Shown here in pieces: positions 14,801 through 27,779 of a stretch of 64,000 nt of DNA. Where the stretch lies: NCBI GenBank assembly GCA_001643675.2, contig LSRY02000029.1, forward strand, positions 682,001 to 746,000, written 5' to 3'. The number at the start of each line of letters is the position of its first letter. Position 1 is the stretch's first letter. Under the pieces are notes generated by a model. That model was not told the DNA's origin and made no database searches. It saw only the letters and a program-made list of their open reading frames with translations. Position numbers and translations under genes: made by a program. Source of the DNA: Monocercomonoides exilis PA203 (Eukaryota; Protista; Preaxostyla).

Positions 14801-15777
14801 CTGCTTTGGCATTCAAGTTTCCAAGCCATGAAGAAAAGCCATCGCATAAAGAAAGATCCAAAAAAATGCATGGAAAGATGTTTTTCAGGGAACTTATTGA
14901 TTTGGTGGAAGATTCGTATGCAATAACGAACGGAGTGGAAGAGCTGGTTGGAGAAAACCGTTTAGTCGGACAAGTTATGCATAAGAAAGATGGAATCAAC
15001 AGAAAAAAAGCCAAAGTGCATAATGAAGGCAATAAACATGATGCATCAGCACAAAAGGAAGAAAGAGATTTGCTTGTTTCTTCTGCTGCCAGAGATAAGT
15101 CTGACGTTGCAACCGCAATGAGCAGCTCTGATAAAAGCATGAAAAGAGCAAAGAGCGAAGAAGATGCTGATGAAAAAACAGAGAGTTCCAAAAGTGTTCA
15201 GAAGTCAGAAAAAGAGATGACAACAAGCAGTGCAGACGATTCCTATATGCCTGACTCCGAAACGGAGGATGAAGACAACGATGATATCGAGTATAAAGAC
15301 AGCAGCACTTCTGAAAAAGAGGAGAAAAAGTTTAAGTTTCTTTTTAAAAAGAAGCCGGTCAGAAAAATTGTGAAAGAAACAAAAGAAATACAGCAGAACG
15401 TAAAAGAGGAAGAAGAGCTTCGAATTATGTTGATGCAATTTCAGGATTATCAGTTGCGTGTGCGTAAAGCTCCAGAGGCATCTCGTTCTTCTGAAGAAGT
15501 TCCTGAAAATCGCAGACATTCACATTCTCGCGTAGAAGCTGCTCAGCCGAAGTTTAACCAAAAGAAGGGGACAATCCAAATCAAAAATGATGATGTCGCT
15601 TCAACTTCTGAAATGATTGAGCAAACAGAAAGAGAGCCTGCACCACCATCGATATCTGGTTTATCTGTTTCTAATCTTCATTCTTCAAATAAAGCGCTTT
15701 GCTCGTCTTCTCCTATGGTTCACCCTTCTTCTGAGCAGCTATTCACTTCATTTGACGCTTCAATTTCGAATAAATGA
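11830..15777 (+). CDS. Multi-exon protein with Tudor-like domain(s), otherwise low complexity
   Basis: Successive ORFs 11689-12105, 12059-12574 and 12694-15777 are separated by T-rich intron-like gaps. Motifs LSIGMRVAAR..AWIVAEV and FSVGDQVLALHPRKSTFFRATVIEV are Tudor-like. Confidence 0.55.
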
Positions 15778-17195
15778 AAAAAGTATTGTTTCATTTTTTT
15801 AAACCTTCAATTTATATATTTATTGTGAAAGCTAATCGAATATTTATTGCTCTGTAAGTTATTTGTTTGGATGTTCGGAATTGTATATCATGTTGCGTTT
15901 TATCGTTTTTTGCAAGAAATATTTGATTTGTGATTCATTATATTTTTTTTGTTATTGTTCAGGTTTTTTTTTATTTTATTTCATCAAAAATAAGCTCATG
16001 TTCTGTTTTCATGTTTCATTTTCATTAAGCCATCCTCTTGTTTTTATTTCGTACAGATCTGAGCTTGATTTTTGCTGTTTTATGCTTCGGTTTAATGATT
16101 ACAGAATATTCAACTATTATCTTCACGTCATGAGAATTTATTCAGTTAAACTTTATTTTTATCGAAAAAGAAAAATTAAGATGGGAAAAGAACTTTTTTG
16201 AAACGTATTCAATTTTCACTATTTTGTATTATGCGTTTCTTTATAACTTCATGTTTGTGAATGGATATTAGTTCATTTCATAATGTTATAAGACTAAAAG
16301 TTAAGTCTTGAATGCTTGGCTTTCTTGTTTATTTGTTTTTAACTTTTAATAATTGTGGAGTTCAGCCACATCTAAAATAGCACATATTTTGTTCACATAT
16401 TGGGTTTTGCTTGTGAAATAATAAGCTTTTGTGTTAACAAGTTTGTGAAAAAGACAAAAAAGAAAGTGAGAGAATAAAATAAAAGAAAATTTAAAAAACA
16501 AAAATTAAAATAAAAGTGACTGTGCTTTCATACAGCCAAGGAACATGATGAAATACATAGATAAATCTTGAAATGGTGAGAGGTGTTAAATAACTGTTTT
16601 GTAAAGATATTGACTCAGAAAGTTTCTGCGCACATAATTTTAAACAAACAATCATAAAATTTTCAAACATACAAGAGCAAAGTTCATTTCATAAAAAACA
16701 GGAAATTCGAAAAAAAATATATGCAAAAAGACAAGAAAGAAAAGCATCTCCTTTCTTTCATTCAAAATCTTCAAAACATTGAAAAACATACAATTAACTG
16801 CAAAGAAAGATATAAATATCAGTGAAGTGTATTTTAATGCATATTTATACATATTGATGTTCATATCGAATAGACTTGTTCAAGTGAATGAAATTCTTCA
16901 CTTGTCACAAATAAAAAAATAAAGTGAACATAAAGTTTCATACATTCAAAGATTATTCTGTGCAAACTTTGCTGCTTGCTTTAAATTTTCGTCTATAATT
17001 TAAATCACAAGGTTGAGAATCTTTTCGCGAACCTTCATTTTGTTCTTTGCGTTCTTTTAATGCGTATGGCATTCATTTTCTCATTTCTTTTGGAAGGTTT
17101 CCAATAATTCTTCCCAACGACTCATTTTTGGAAGATCTATTTTTCACAATGTGCAAATTCAATTTTTTATTTGTTCCTTTACATTCATTTCCAAT

Positions 17196-20100
17196 TTACA
17201 CCATTGCCCCCACCTCAAGCACTTTTCCATCTGATGATTTGCCATTATTTGATTGAGCAATGCTTGTATCATTCCTCATATTTTCTTCTTGTGAAAGAAA
17301 TTCAGCATATGCAACATCTTCTCCAATAAAATGAGTTTCATACACAACTTTCAACCGTCTTTTGGCAATCGCAACAGCCGCTGGATTTCCCGAGCGCAGC
17401 TGATCGCTCAGCAGAGTTAGGCGCTGACGCAACAGCAAATGTTCCTGTTTGTGCTTTTGGATGTTGGGATAGTTGTGGCGCTCCATATCCTTCTCCTCCT
17501 GATCAAATGTCATCTTCGTTGTCATCATCAGCTGTTTGTAAATTGTAGTAAGAACTTCCATCGGCTCCTTCTGCTTTGAGGATGCAAAGAAAAGCTGCCC
17601 ATTCTCCATAATTTTCCTGCGTCCACTATCAAGCAACGGATTACCCGTTTCCATCAGTGGTAGAAATGACATCTCCTTCGCATCTTCGTCGATCGGAAGC
17701 AATTCAATCAGTTTCTTTGACACGTGACTAATAAAGAACAAACGTCTCTTCCATCCAAATGCTGCAAATACCATCGAGTACAAAAACAGTACAATGCATC
17801 CCACACATACAACTATCATGATAACAACAGAGTTCTGAACTTCGCTCTGTCCTGTCTTTAGAATTTCATTCGTAATCTTTGAGATGCCTTCTGTTAGATC
17901 GTATCGAATAGCAGTGAATATGTATCTTGTCTCCGGAGTTGTCTGACTCATCAGAGTGAGATCGAGTTTTTGCAACCGCTCGATGTAGACCTTCATTCTT
18001 GCAACAAGCGACGATAAGCCATTGAACTCTCTGACCACTCCGTACATCCTCTTCTTGTCGAGTGTTGAGCAACTGACATCCTTCGTCGTGAAGCACTCGC
18101 GCCGCTGTACCAGCATTTTGTAGTTGTTCGCCTGCTTCATCCGATTCACCTTCACCTGGTCGTATGTTGGATCACCAGAAACAGTGTAGATGGAGTCTCC
18201 AAAATGGTTATCCATGTGAACTGCATTGAAATAGCGTGACATCGAAATAAGAAGGTCAAGAGGCTCGTCCCGCGAGCCAGACAAATATGACGAATTGCAC
18301 AGAATCGGATTCGTTGAACTGGGGAATGTTAATATTTGCCCTAAAGCCAAGATTTCTATGGGTTTTTGGAGGCACATTGTCATCATCTGGATCTGATACA
18401 GAATGGATGTACGCATCCCAGAAATGATGATGTTGGCAGAGCGCGGCTGGAATATGCCAACGTTGACCACAACAACAATCGTTGGCCCAGCTATGGAAAT
18501 CACTCCGATGCACATTGATATCACAATCTTTAAGATTATTCCAGCAGTTATGGGCGAAGGAAACTGCTTGTAGCTGGTTGTCAGATCTTCAATGTCTTTA
18601 TCCATTTTCTCCTCCCACTGAGTATCTTCAATAGCATTTCGCACGAATCCCATCTGAAGAATCCGCTCTTCTTCATCATCGTCATAGTTTTGCAGCTGTG
18701 AAACAACAGCAACTTTTTGTTCTTTCTCGGTAGATGCTGCTTCATTCGCAGGAGATGGCTGTGCTGCTGCACTCTTCGGAGAAGGTGGTTGGGCGCTTAT
18801 TGCACGCTGCATATTCAGCGGCGATCCAATCGGTGCCAGCAAGTGCGACGATGCGTCAGCTGCCATCTGTGATGTGCTTGAAAGAGGGAAGGAATGTCTG
18901 TAATGTGGCTGTTGCATGGGAGTTGGGGAAGGAATGAGATGAGCGTCAAATATTGAACCAATGCCAGACTGTTGTGCATCATAAAAAGAAGGCTGTTGTG
19001 ATAAAATCTCCGAAAAAGGGCCAACTATTGGAGAGGTACTTTTATCATACACGCTCCACGAGTTTTCGGGTGTGGCAATTGTATGCCCGTTTCCGAGCGG
19101 ATGTGATGACATCATGTTTATGTGCAAAGGTGCAGAATTCGCCTGAGATAGTCTTTGGACGCTGATGATGCTGTTCATCGGCTGAGTGAACTGCTCGTTT
19201 GAAAGATGTGTCAAATCGATTCCGCCAGCCAATGAACTGCCTCCAACATTCAGATCGTCAAGCGGAAAGCGCTGAACGCCTTGTAATGGCGACGAAAATG
19301 TCGGACTTCGCATCTGCTTCTCGTCCAGTTCAAATCCAGACTCGTTTGTATCGACAATCGCTTTGCTCGTCCCCAATTTTGGGGTTGATAATGCAAAAGA
19401 CTTCTGAGGTGTTGATGGAAACAGTGGAAATGTCTGTGCAATTGAAGGTGCATTTCCATCTGGGCTGTTGGTAAGCTGTGAATGAACAGACGGAGAGTCC
19501 AACTGGGATGCATTGTCCATAGGCTTCAAAGGAAAAGCAAGGAGCGATTGAGTCTGCTGAAGTGATTGGAGAGGTTGAAAAGAAGTGGACAAAAGGAAAG
19601 AATTCCTCGAGAATCGTGGAGACAGATTTGTATGTCCGTTTTCCAGCGCTGATCCAGAAGTGACAAATTGTGATGTTTCGCATTCATTTTCCTGGCCTTC
19701 CTTTTGCTTCCCACTGAATTTGTCGATTTCGTTGACTGCTGACACCTCATTTGCATCCGTTTCTGGCATCTGTTCTTCAGACTGTGGTTCTGATTGAGAC
19801 GGTGAATGATCCGTTGTCATGAATGCTGTGGTGTCGTGCTCTTCATCTTCGTCCTGCACAATCTGCCTGATCACGCCTTGCATCGAGATCTTGGGCACTT
19901 CCAGGAGTGTGTGGTATGCTTCCGATCTTTCATGCTTTATGGTTAATGTAAATCTGATGAACAGGATTAGAATAATAGTTCCAAGTGTTCCAATTGTGCA
20001 TAACACAACAAGCGTTGTGACGATGATCATTGTGTTGCATGCTGCGTTCATCAGCTCCCAGTATGAAATGATAACTCTCTTTGATCCATCCAGAATGGGG

Positions 20101-22968
20101 ATGACCGGGTTGAGCACCATGTACTGGATGTCTGCCAGATAGCTGGCATACGTCGGGCGTGTCTGGAAATCAGCCTGTGACAGCTCGCGAGACATCTGTG
20201 ACAGCGTTGCAAGCACCCCAAACATTGAGTCAGGCGACAGAAACTGCTTCTTTGTGTCGATCTGCTCCTCCACTGTGCCGTCGGGGAGGGTGACATTCTT
20301 GAGCGTCAGTGTAAACAAATATGTCTGCACATCCACCGCCTCCCACGGCTCGAGGTTTGTCGTGATCTGGTGCACTTTGTTCAGAAGTGTTGTCATTGAG
20401 TCAGCTGTGTCAGAAAGCGACTGTTTAATCTGGCTGGGACTCATCAGACTGTTTCCCCAACCATCGTCAATAGGCGTCCAGCTGTATTTGTAGAAGACAT
20501 CATGAAGAAACGCCTCATACGCCAAAACAGCAGATCGTGTGGTGATCAGCGACAAATCGCAGATCTCTCTTAATGTTGATAAGTTGTTCTTGTAGTTATT
20601 GGCCATGAAAACATACACACACAAAATGATCACAATAGACATAATCGCCAAAAAATGCAGAAGCAGCAGAAATAATGGAACAATAACTCTCACATTCTGG
20701 CTTTCTTTTTCTCGTGATCCGTAAGCAATATCAGAAATCATTGTCTCGCCGCTTCCTTTCTTCCTCTTCTTCTTCTTCTTTCGCAAAACGTTTGAGCTCT
20801 TTGTAGCCGGATTCATCTTCTGGAATTCGAGTTGTTGATCGTTTGTCAAACGAGTAAAGGCCGAAGTGAGTGACTTCGTTTCTCCGCTGCCACCTTCTTC
20901 TTTGTGTGCACTGTTCGGTTCACTTGCTCCATTGTTGTCTGTTTTGCTGTCATTCGCTTCTTTCAAATTTGTAGAAGAGCCTTTTCCGTCTTCATCATTC
21001 GCATCTTTAAGGCTACCCGCGTTAAAGTCCGTTGCCTGCGACGTGCTGTTGTTTGTATCTCCCCCTTTCTCCTTCCAGTTCCCATCCGTCTGAAGCAAGT
21101 TGTCTTCTGTGTCGCCTTCGACCATCCCTCCAGACGCAGTTGGGATGAGCGACGATGAGGCTGTGGCGTCTTCTTCGATGTGGTCAGCTCTGTTCAGAAT
21201 CATCTCGGCAGTGTCTTCGTCGTGGTACACATCGAGCAGTAGCCTCGCATAGCTTCTGAGCACAGCAGGATTCTGCGGATACGCTGCAATCAGCTCTTCG
21301 TAGCACGAACGCGCCTCGCTCTCGTTCTTCACAATCAGATCGAGCAGCGCGGGTATCTGCTTGTAGTCTGGGAAGCGCGAACTGGAGATCTCGAAGAACT
21401 CCTTCAGTGAACTGATGGCTATTTCGTGGTGCTCCTGCGCTCGAGACAGCAGCGCAGAGAATGTCAGCGAGTTCAGCTCTGTCAGCATCCTGTTCCCGCC
21501 TTCTCCACCTTCACCTCCGCCTTCCCCTCCAATGCCTCCTTTGGTTTTGCAGAATATCACAAAGTTCAGAGAGAATCTTGGCTTTTCGTTTTGTGCCTGT
21601 CGAAGCAGCATCTGTGATTTCCTCCAGTTCTTTCGGTAGTAGCTCAGGAAGTTCGCATAGTAGAAGCACGCCTCCGCTTTTTCCTTGCTACCCTTGATGT
21701 AGTGTGTGTAGACATAGTCGACAAAGAGATAGTGGTCTAAGGAATGACACGTGTCTTCCTGCACAAAGCGAAGTGAACGTTCTATCTGTTGTGGTGTCTT
21801 GTTCTTCAGGTTCAACTGCTTTCCACCTTCGTTCATTGAATCGTGCAGCGGTCGGCCGTTGCTAGAGAGAAGATATTGCTTCACCCGGAATTTCTTTCCA
21901 AGCTTTGGAAGAGCAATCGCAGAAACCAGAATTCCTGCAATGAGTCCAACTGCACAGAACACAATTGTCGCTACAATTGAATTTGAAGCGTTCTCCACTG
22001 CATATCCAATCTCTTCGCAAAGCCTCAAACAGCCAAAAATGCACCAAGTGCTCGCTTTCAAAAGATTCCCTCTCAGCTTGTAAATGGGTTGTGCCCAAAT
22101 AAAATACAAAACCATGAACAAAGAAGTACCAACAGTGACAACTCCTCTCCAAAACGGCCACGCATAAAGCATACGCATTGCAAAAACACATCCAAACATA
22201 AGTGTTGTTTCTATTGAATGCCATGATCCCAGTGGAGATGAGAAAATACCACCATGCTTTGAATTATGATTGTATATCACTGAATTAACTAAATAAGAAT
22301 ACATAAGGAGAATAATTAGAAGTAAAATGCCAAAGACAAATCCAAGAACAGTAACAACTGTTCCAAAACATGTTTCGTTAAATACTCGGTGTAAAATGTT
22401 CTTGTCATTGGATTCATAGCAATCAAAAGAAGTTATAGCTATGGTTGTAAACGGAATAAACAAAAATGTTAAAATGAAATTTGTAAGCCACTGAAGTGTT
22501 TGGATAACCCATGGTTGCATAGATACGATTGCTCTGTAGAAAATAGCACAAACAATTAAATCAGCAATTAAAAGAATAAGAATGGTGAAGCATCCAATAA
22601 CTGCAAATGAAACGTATTTTCCAGCAAGATAACTCAGAGAGGTACCATCCAAGAAACATATATACTAAAGAAAAGTAATAATAATAATTTTGAAACAATG
22701 TCAACTTATATTTGATACATACATAAGCAATTAAATTTACGTTTCCAGTTGCAGTATCGATTCTAAAAGCGCTCAATGTGATCATTTGCAAAAGAAGAAA
22801 TGCCCAACAAAATAATTCCCATCCTTTATTTGGATGCTTTGGTTGATGATACAATGGCAAAAGGAATAAAAAAGTAATTTTATTTATTTTTGAAATGGAT
22901 TCCCTTTCATTCAACTCATATGAAGAAGTACTCAGTTGAGAGGATAGCGACTTACTATCATCTGACAT
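17196..22968 (-). CDS. TmcB/TmcC-like multi-pass membrane protein with TPR-like helical region and C-terminal hemerythrin-like domain
   Basis: ATG at 22968, one intron at ~22667-22725, then the 1818-aa ORF. It has an N-terminal cluster of TM helices, YPQNPAVLRSYARLLLDV (TPR-like), further TM pairs, and a C-terminal TFDQEEKDMERHNYPNIQKHKQEH...HFIGED hemerythrin pattern. Confidence 0.75.
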
Positions 22969-24804
22969 TGAATGCTGCTATATGTCTCTTATGACAACAA
23001 AAGAGATTTAACCGCGAAGGTACTGATCTAACTTTTAACTATAATTATTTTTCTCACAAAAGAACTTAATTCATATTTCTCATATTGGCAATAAGAATAT
23101 TATATAAAATAAAGGTCAACTAGAAAAATGCTCGATGCAATTTAAAAAATATCGTTTTAAGACTTGAAATTCAGATTTTTTTTCTTTGGATCGAAATATA
23201 AATCCAACTTTTTGATTGTTAAATGATATTCATAGCAATTTATTATATTAATTTATTTCGAAGTCAATATCCGTTTGTCAAGAATCTCAAATGCATATCA
23301 ATTCATCCTGGTGGAAAAAAAAAGACTTTTTGTGCTGATGAAGATGATTGCAATGAAGAAATTGGTGACTTTCACAATTTGTCAGATATCGATGATATCG
23401 ATAAGAACAACTCGGAAGTTTATTCACTTAAAAACTTTGATGAATTTGGATCAAAAAAAGAAGCGCAGCCTAAAAAGACTCAAATAATCATTCTCTTTTT
23501 CATTTTTTCGATTTTTTAACGTTTCCGAACACATTCAACAAGTTTTAATAACATGTGTGTTGTTCACGTTTAATATGCATTAACAATAGGCAACAAACAG
23601 AAGGTCCACCAAAGGTGGCATATACCAATATTTGTTTTAAAAATAGAAGTGTTCAAAGTTTCAAAATAAAAAATTATCAAAATTCGCATAACTGTTTTAA
23701 AAAAGATAGAAAAAAGAAATTAATAAATAAAACTTAAAATATGCAAGAGAATGACAAAAGTCATCAGTGCATCGACATTTTTTAAATAAACTCAAACCAA
23801 AGCAAAGCTAACATAAGCAACGCCAAGTGGCAAAGAAAAAGAAAAAGAAAAGAAAAGAAACAATATGATTTAATAGATTAATAAGTGGATTAATCTCAAA
23901 AAATTATAACGAAAAGAAAGATGTCACAAGTTAATGTTCAGTGCTAAAACGGTCTCCAAATATCACAAAGTTTCAGAATAGAATCGAATAGCAATTGAAA
24001 GATATGAAAAAAAACAGAAAAAACAAATAAAATTCAATTTGAAAAATGGCATAACTGAAATGTTGATTAAACAGATGTGCTCTCTGAAAATAAGAATCTC
24101 AAAGAACATATTAGAGAGGATTATTTTTCATTCAAAAGATAAAAGATAATCATCTAAAAGATAATCAACATTTTTGAAACAAAAAAAAAATATAACGAAT
24201 TTTTTTGATGATTGCAACACTGCTCAATTTTCATCAAAAAATAATTGAAGAAAACAGTTAAGATATAATAAAATCAACAAAAAATATGAAATTTTACTTT
24301 TTTTCCAATAAAATAAAAACCTAATGATTTGTTGCTTCCATCGCATCAAAATCAAAAGATATCAAAATAAAAAGCTGATTCACAACAAAAACTACATTCA
24401 ATTTAACTGAGCAGAAAAGGAAAGAAGAAAAGAAGAATAGCTCGAGAATTATCATATCTTTTTGCAAACACAAAGGATTCAAAACAAAAAACAACCGAAT
24501 GTTGAAGAAAATAAAATTGAAATCACAAAATAGAAAAGACCTGAAATTTTTTCTTAATTTTTTCCCTTCAAACAATTGTAACGAAACTGGTCCTACATAA
24601 AAAGTGAAGCCAAATAGCTTCATGCAAAAGAAATCAACCGAACGAACAATTTCACTTTGTAAAATGTTATCACCAACAAGCATCTTTGAAAGAATAATCA
24701 CAAACGGATCATCAGAAGCAATGAAAAGCCAACAAACATAATCTGAAAATGGATAAGCGCATACAAAAATCTGAAAATACTTATTTTCACAACACATTTT
24801 AGTC

Positions 24805-27516
24805 TTATAACAAAATTTTAGTCTGAGTTATGCTCATTGTAGTATCTTCACATTGAGATAATGGAATATGCGGTGGATGAGAAAGAGGAAGAGAAGGAAG
24901 TGGAGGAAGAGGAGGAGTTTGGATCAGCAATTGCAGCGGAGATGCAGAAGAAGAAGATGTATTTGAAATATCGTAATTTTGTTGGATTTTCAAGTGTTGC
25001 TGTGTTTGAGTGTGTTGAAGGCAAAGATCTTTTGAATAATGTGGAGGAATTGAATGGTTAGAGGAATCCAACTGAAAATTACCTGATGAAACAGTCTGGA
25101 CAGATGGCTCAGCGTGAAAGGTAGCATCCCAATCAGACGATGATGAAGAAGAAGGAGCATAACATGAACGGCTCTCGTAAGCATACGGCAGAGCACTTGA
25201 AGAAATCGTAGGTGAAAAAGAAGATGTGCCATCCAATGGCTCAAAGAACAACAAGGGTGATTCTGAAGATTTGTATTTTGTGGTTTCGGATTCAGAATTG
25301 CTTATTTGCTGCTTCTCCTGTGAATACATTGCAGGAAATGACTTCGAAGCGGAAACCGACAAAAGTGGAGGGCTTGTAATGCTTAACTGACTTGCATCGT
25401 GAAAGCTAGGTGAAGTCAAATGGTGTGAAGGAGTATAACAAGTGCTCGATTGATAGAGTGGAGGTGATGAAGAGGAATATAAAGTAAAATTTGATGGATT
25501 GACTTCGTGAGTCTCAATATTTGTCTGTTGATGATGCTGTTCAGATAGAATGGAATAACTTTGCTTGTTGGACTCCAACGGGGTGATTGGATCGAAAGTG
25601 AGAGACAAAGGAGAAGTTATCTGAAAAAATGGAGGCGAAGAACAACTGAAATCTGCTGAAAGAGGAAGAGGCATTTCTTTAGCGGATGCTAAATTTCCCG
25701 GCGAAGAAGATTGTTGAGACGATAACATAGAAGGTGTTGATTTTCCAAGTGGAGCAAAAGTTGAAGAAATCGAAGTCGAATGTGCGGCATTTGAACAAAT
25801 AGCAGGGTTAGATTGCCTTAACGGTTCATCGTTAACTGCTGACTCTGTTGAGCAACGACTGGTAGATATCTGACGAATGAAATTCTCTTGCAATGTGGAT
25901 GTATCATCGGAACGTTCAGAAAAAGGAGCAGATGGTGAAATAGAAGGAAAAGATGAAATTGAATATTGATCCAGTGAAGGATTAAACATAAAATCGCTTC
26001 TGTGTTTATCAAAGGAAGTATTTGAATCAGAGGAAGATAATTTGAAGCAATCATTTGGGGACATTGAAGGTGCATCACCTTTCGTTAATGATGGTATTGT
26101 AATCTCTGCAAATTTTACAGTGTCCTTTTCTACAAGAGGTGGTTTTGATGGTTGTCCTTGGGGGAGAGAAGGAAGGGGAAAAGATGGTAACGCTTTGAAA
26201 CCAACATGCGAAGGTACAGACAAAGGAGGTTGCTGAATAGTCAGTTCCTTATGTTTGTTTTGAGGAGCTGCAGGCTGAAAGAACTTCGGCATCTGTGAAG
26301 ATGAAATATTAATTGGAGTGGACGGAGAACTGAATAAATAATCATTTGACGCATTCGCACAACCCGGCACTGTCTGAAGGTGTTGACAAGGCGGCGCATA
26401 AAAATGCGAATGGTTCAAGTGATTAGCCTGCAACGGATTCGAAACTTTGGCAGTTTGTGAGCAGTCAACTGATTGTTGGAAATGCTTCATTTTCGCTTCA
26501 CATATTGTATCGTTCCTATTTTGAGTGATATTCAGCTTCCAGAAATCTTTGTTTTCTTTCTGATTTTTTCTTTTAAAATGTTTTTTTAACTTTGTATCAA
26601 AAGATGGAATTTGACTTTCTTTTTTCTGATTTCCGCTCTCATTAATATGTGCACTCCTTTTTCTTCTGCCTTTTGCTTTTGGAAACGGGAAGAAAGGAGA
26701 CGTAAATAAAGTTGGAAGTTGCGGCGCATCGACAGGCTCAGGAAGCAGAGAGACCCTGTGATCCGAGGAAAGAGTAATTGGTATCCCTGACGGTGTAATA
26801 ATCACCTTCGTTTTAACAACTTTTTCAGTGATTGCAGGAATGACTTCTTCGTGGGATTGTTGTGAGGGTTGTTCTAAAGAAGTAGTTTGTGGTTCCTTAC
26901 TTGTCTTAAGTTGCTTAATGGAAGGAATTTCTTCTGAAATATTGCAGTTTCTGCTATCATTGCACTGTTTTGAATGATTCATTGGAGAAAATGTCAAAGC
27001 CTTTGAAATGTTATCGCATGAAGACACTGAAGAATCATGCATTTGTTGCATTTGTTGAAGTGAGCATGAGAAGCCAGTCAATGAAGAATTACTTTCATGT
27101 GGATTTTTATTTCCCTCCTCAAAATAATCTTTCTGAATTTTTGTTTCGCCAGATTGAATATTATTCTTCTCCTGTGATGGAATGTCACTATTACAATCGT
27201 TTTCCGACGAAATGCTTGTATTAGGAGATTTCTCTCCCCCAAATTTCAATAAAAGCGATAATGTTGATTGGCGAGAACAATTTTGAGTATGTTCTGAATG
27301 TTGAATAGGAAAAATCAATGAATCAGCAGAACATTTGCGCTCGCGTAAGCATGATGGATGGTGAATTGTTATTTCTTGAGAAGAGTCAGGTGCACCTTCC
27401 TTTTGATGATTTTTTGAAAATTCACCTTCTCTGAAAATAAAAGAACAATCAGTTCCTGATAATGATTCGCCTGATTTATAATATATTTTGTTTTGATTGT
27501 CATATGATAATATCAT
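24805..27516 (-). CDS. Hypothetical Ser/Pro/Gln-rich disordered protein (~900 aa)
   Basis: 906-codon open frame in AT-rich DNA; first ATG at 27516; no domain recognised. Confidence 0.65.
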   Translation of the reverse strand: MILSYDNQNKIYYKSGESLSGTDCSFIFREGEFSKNHQKEGAPDSSQEITIHHPSCLRERKCSADSLIFPIQHSEHTQNCSRQSTLSLLLKFGGEKSPNTSISSENDCNSDIPSQEKNNIQSGETKIQKDYFEEGNKNPHESNSSLTGFSCSLQQMQQMHDSSVSSCDNISKALTFSPMNHSKQCNDSRNCNISEEIPSIKQLKTSKEPQTTSLEQPSQQSHEEVIPAITEKVVKTKVIITPSGIPITLSSDHRVSLLPEPVDAPQLPTLFTSPFFPFPKAKGRRKRSAHINESGNQKKESQIPSFDTKLKKHFKRKNQKENKDFWKLNITQNRNDTICEAKMKHFQQSVDCSQTAKVSNPLQANHLNHSHFYAPPCQHLQTVPGCANASNDYLFSSPSTPINISSSQMPKFFQPAAPQNKHKELTIQQPPLSVPSHVGFKALPSFPLPSLPQGQPSKPPLVEKDTVKFAEITIPSLTKGDAPSMSPNDCFKLSSSDSNTSFDKHRSDFMFNPSLDQYSISSFPSISPSAPFSERSDDTSTLQENFIRQISTSRCSTESAVNDEPLRQSNPAICSNAAHSTSISSTFAPLGKSTPSMLSSQQSSSPGNLASAKEMPLPLSADFSCSSPPFFQITSPLSLTFDPITPLESNKQSYSILSEQHHQQTNIETHEVNPSNFTLYSSSSPPLYQSSTCYTPSHHLTSPSFHDASQLSITSPPLLSVSASKSFPAMYSQEKQQISNSESETTKYKSSESPLLFFEPLDGTSSFSPTISSSALPYAYESRSCYAPSSSSSSDWDATFHAEPSVQTVSSGNFQLDSSNHSIPPHYSKDLCLQHTQTQQHLKIQQNYDISNTSSSSASPLQLLIQTPPLPPLPSLPLSHPPHIPLSQCEDTTMSITQTKILL

Positions 27517-27779
27517 CCCCCTCAATCAGAATATTTCAGTTTTTCTTTGGATTTGATCATTCATGTATAATTATTTGAAAATATGTGAAGAAGGAAATCT
27601 TATCATCATTTGAAAAACAAAAAATCATCCTTTAACAAGCAAACAAATTGTACAAATAACAAAAAATGTATAAACAATTCCAAAAAAAATGAAAATTTTT
27701 GAATGAATATTTTTCTCCAAAAGAATTCATTTTTATGAAAGTGGAAAACGAAAACGTCAATGCTTAAATATCTACCGCT

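Noticed and set aside
23223-24797. Short ORFs 23223-23519 and 24321-24797 as genes
   Set aside because: No recognisable domain or consistent splice model; the composition is intergenic-like.
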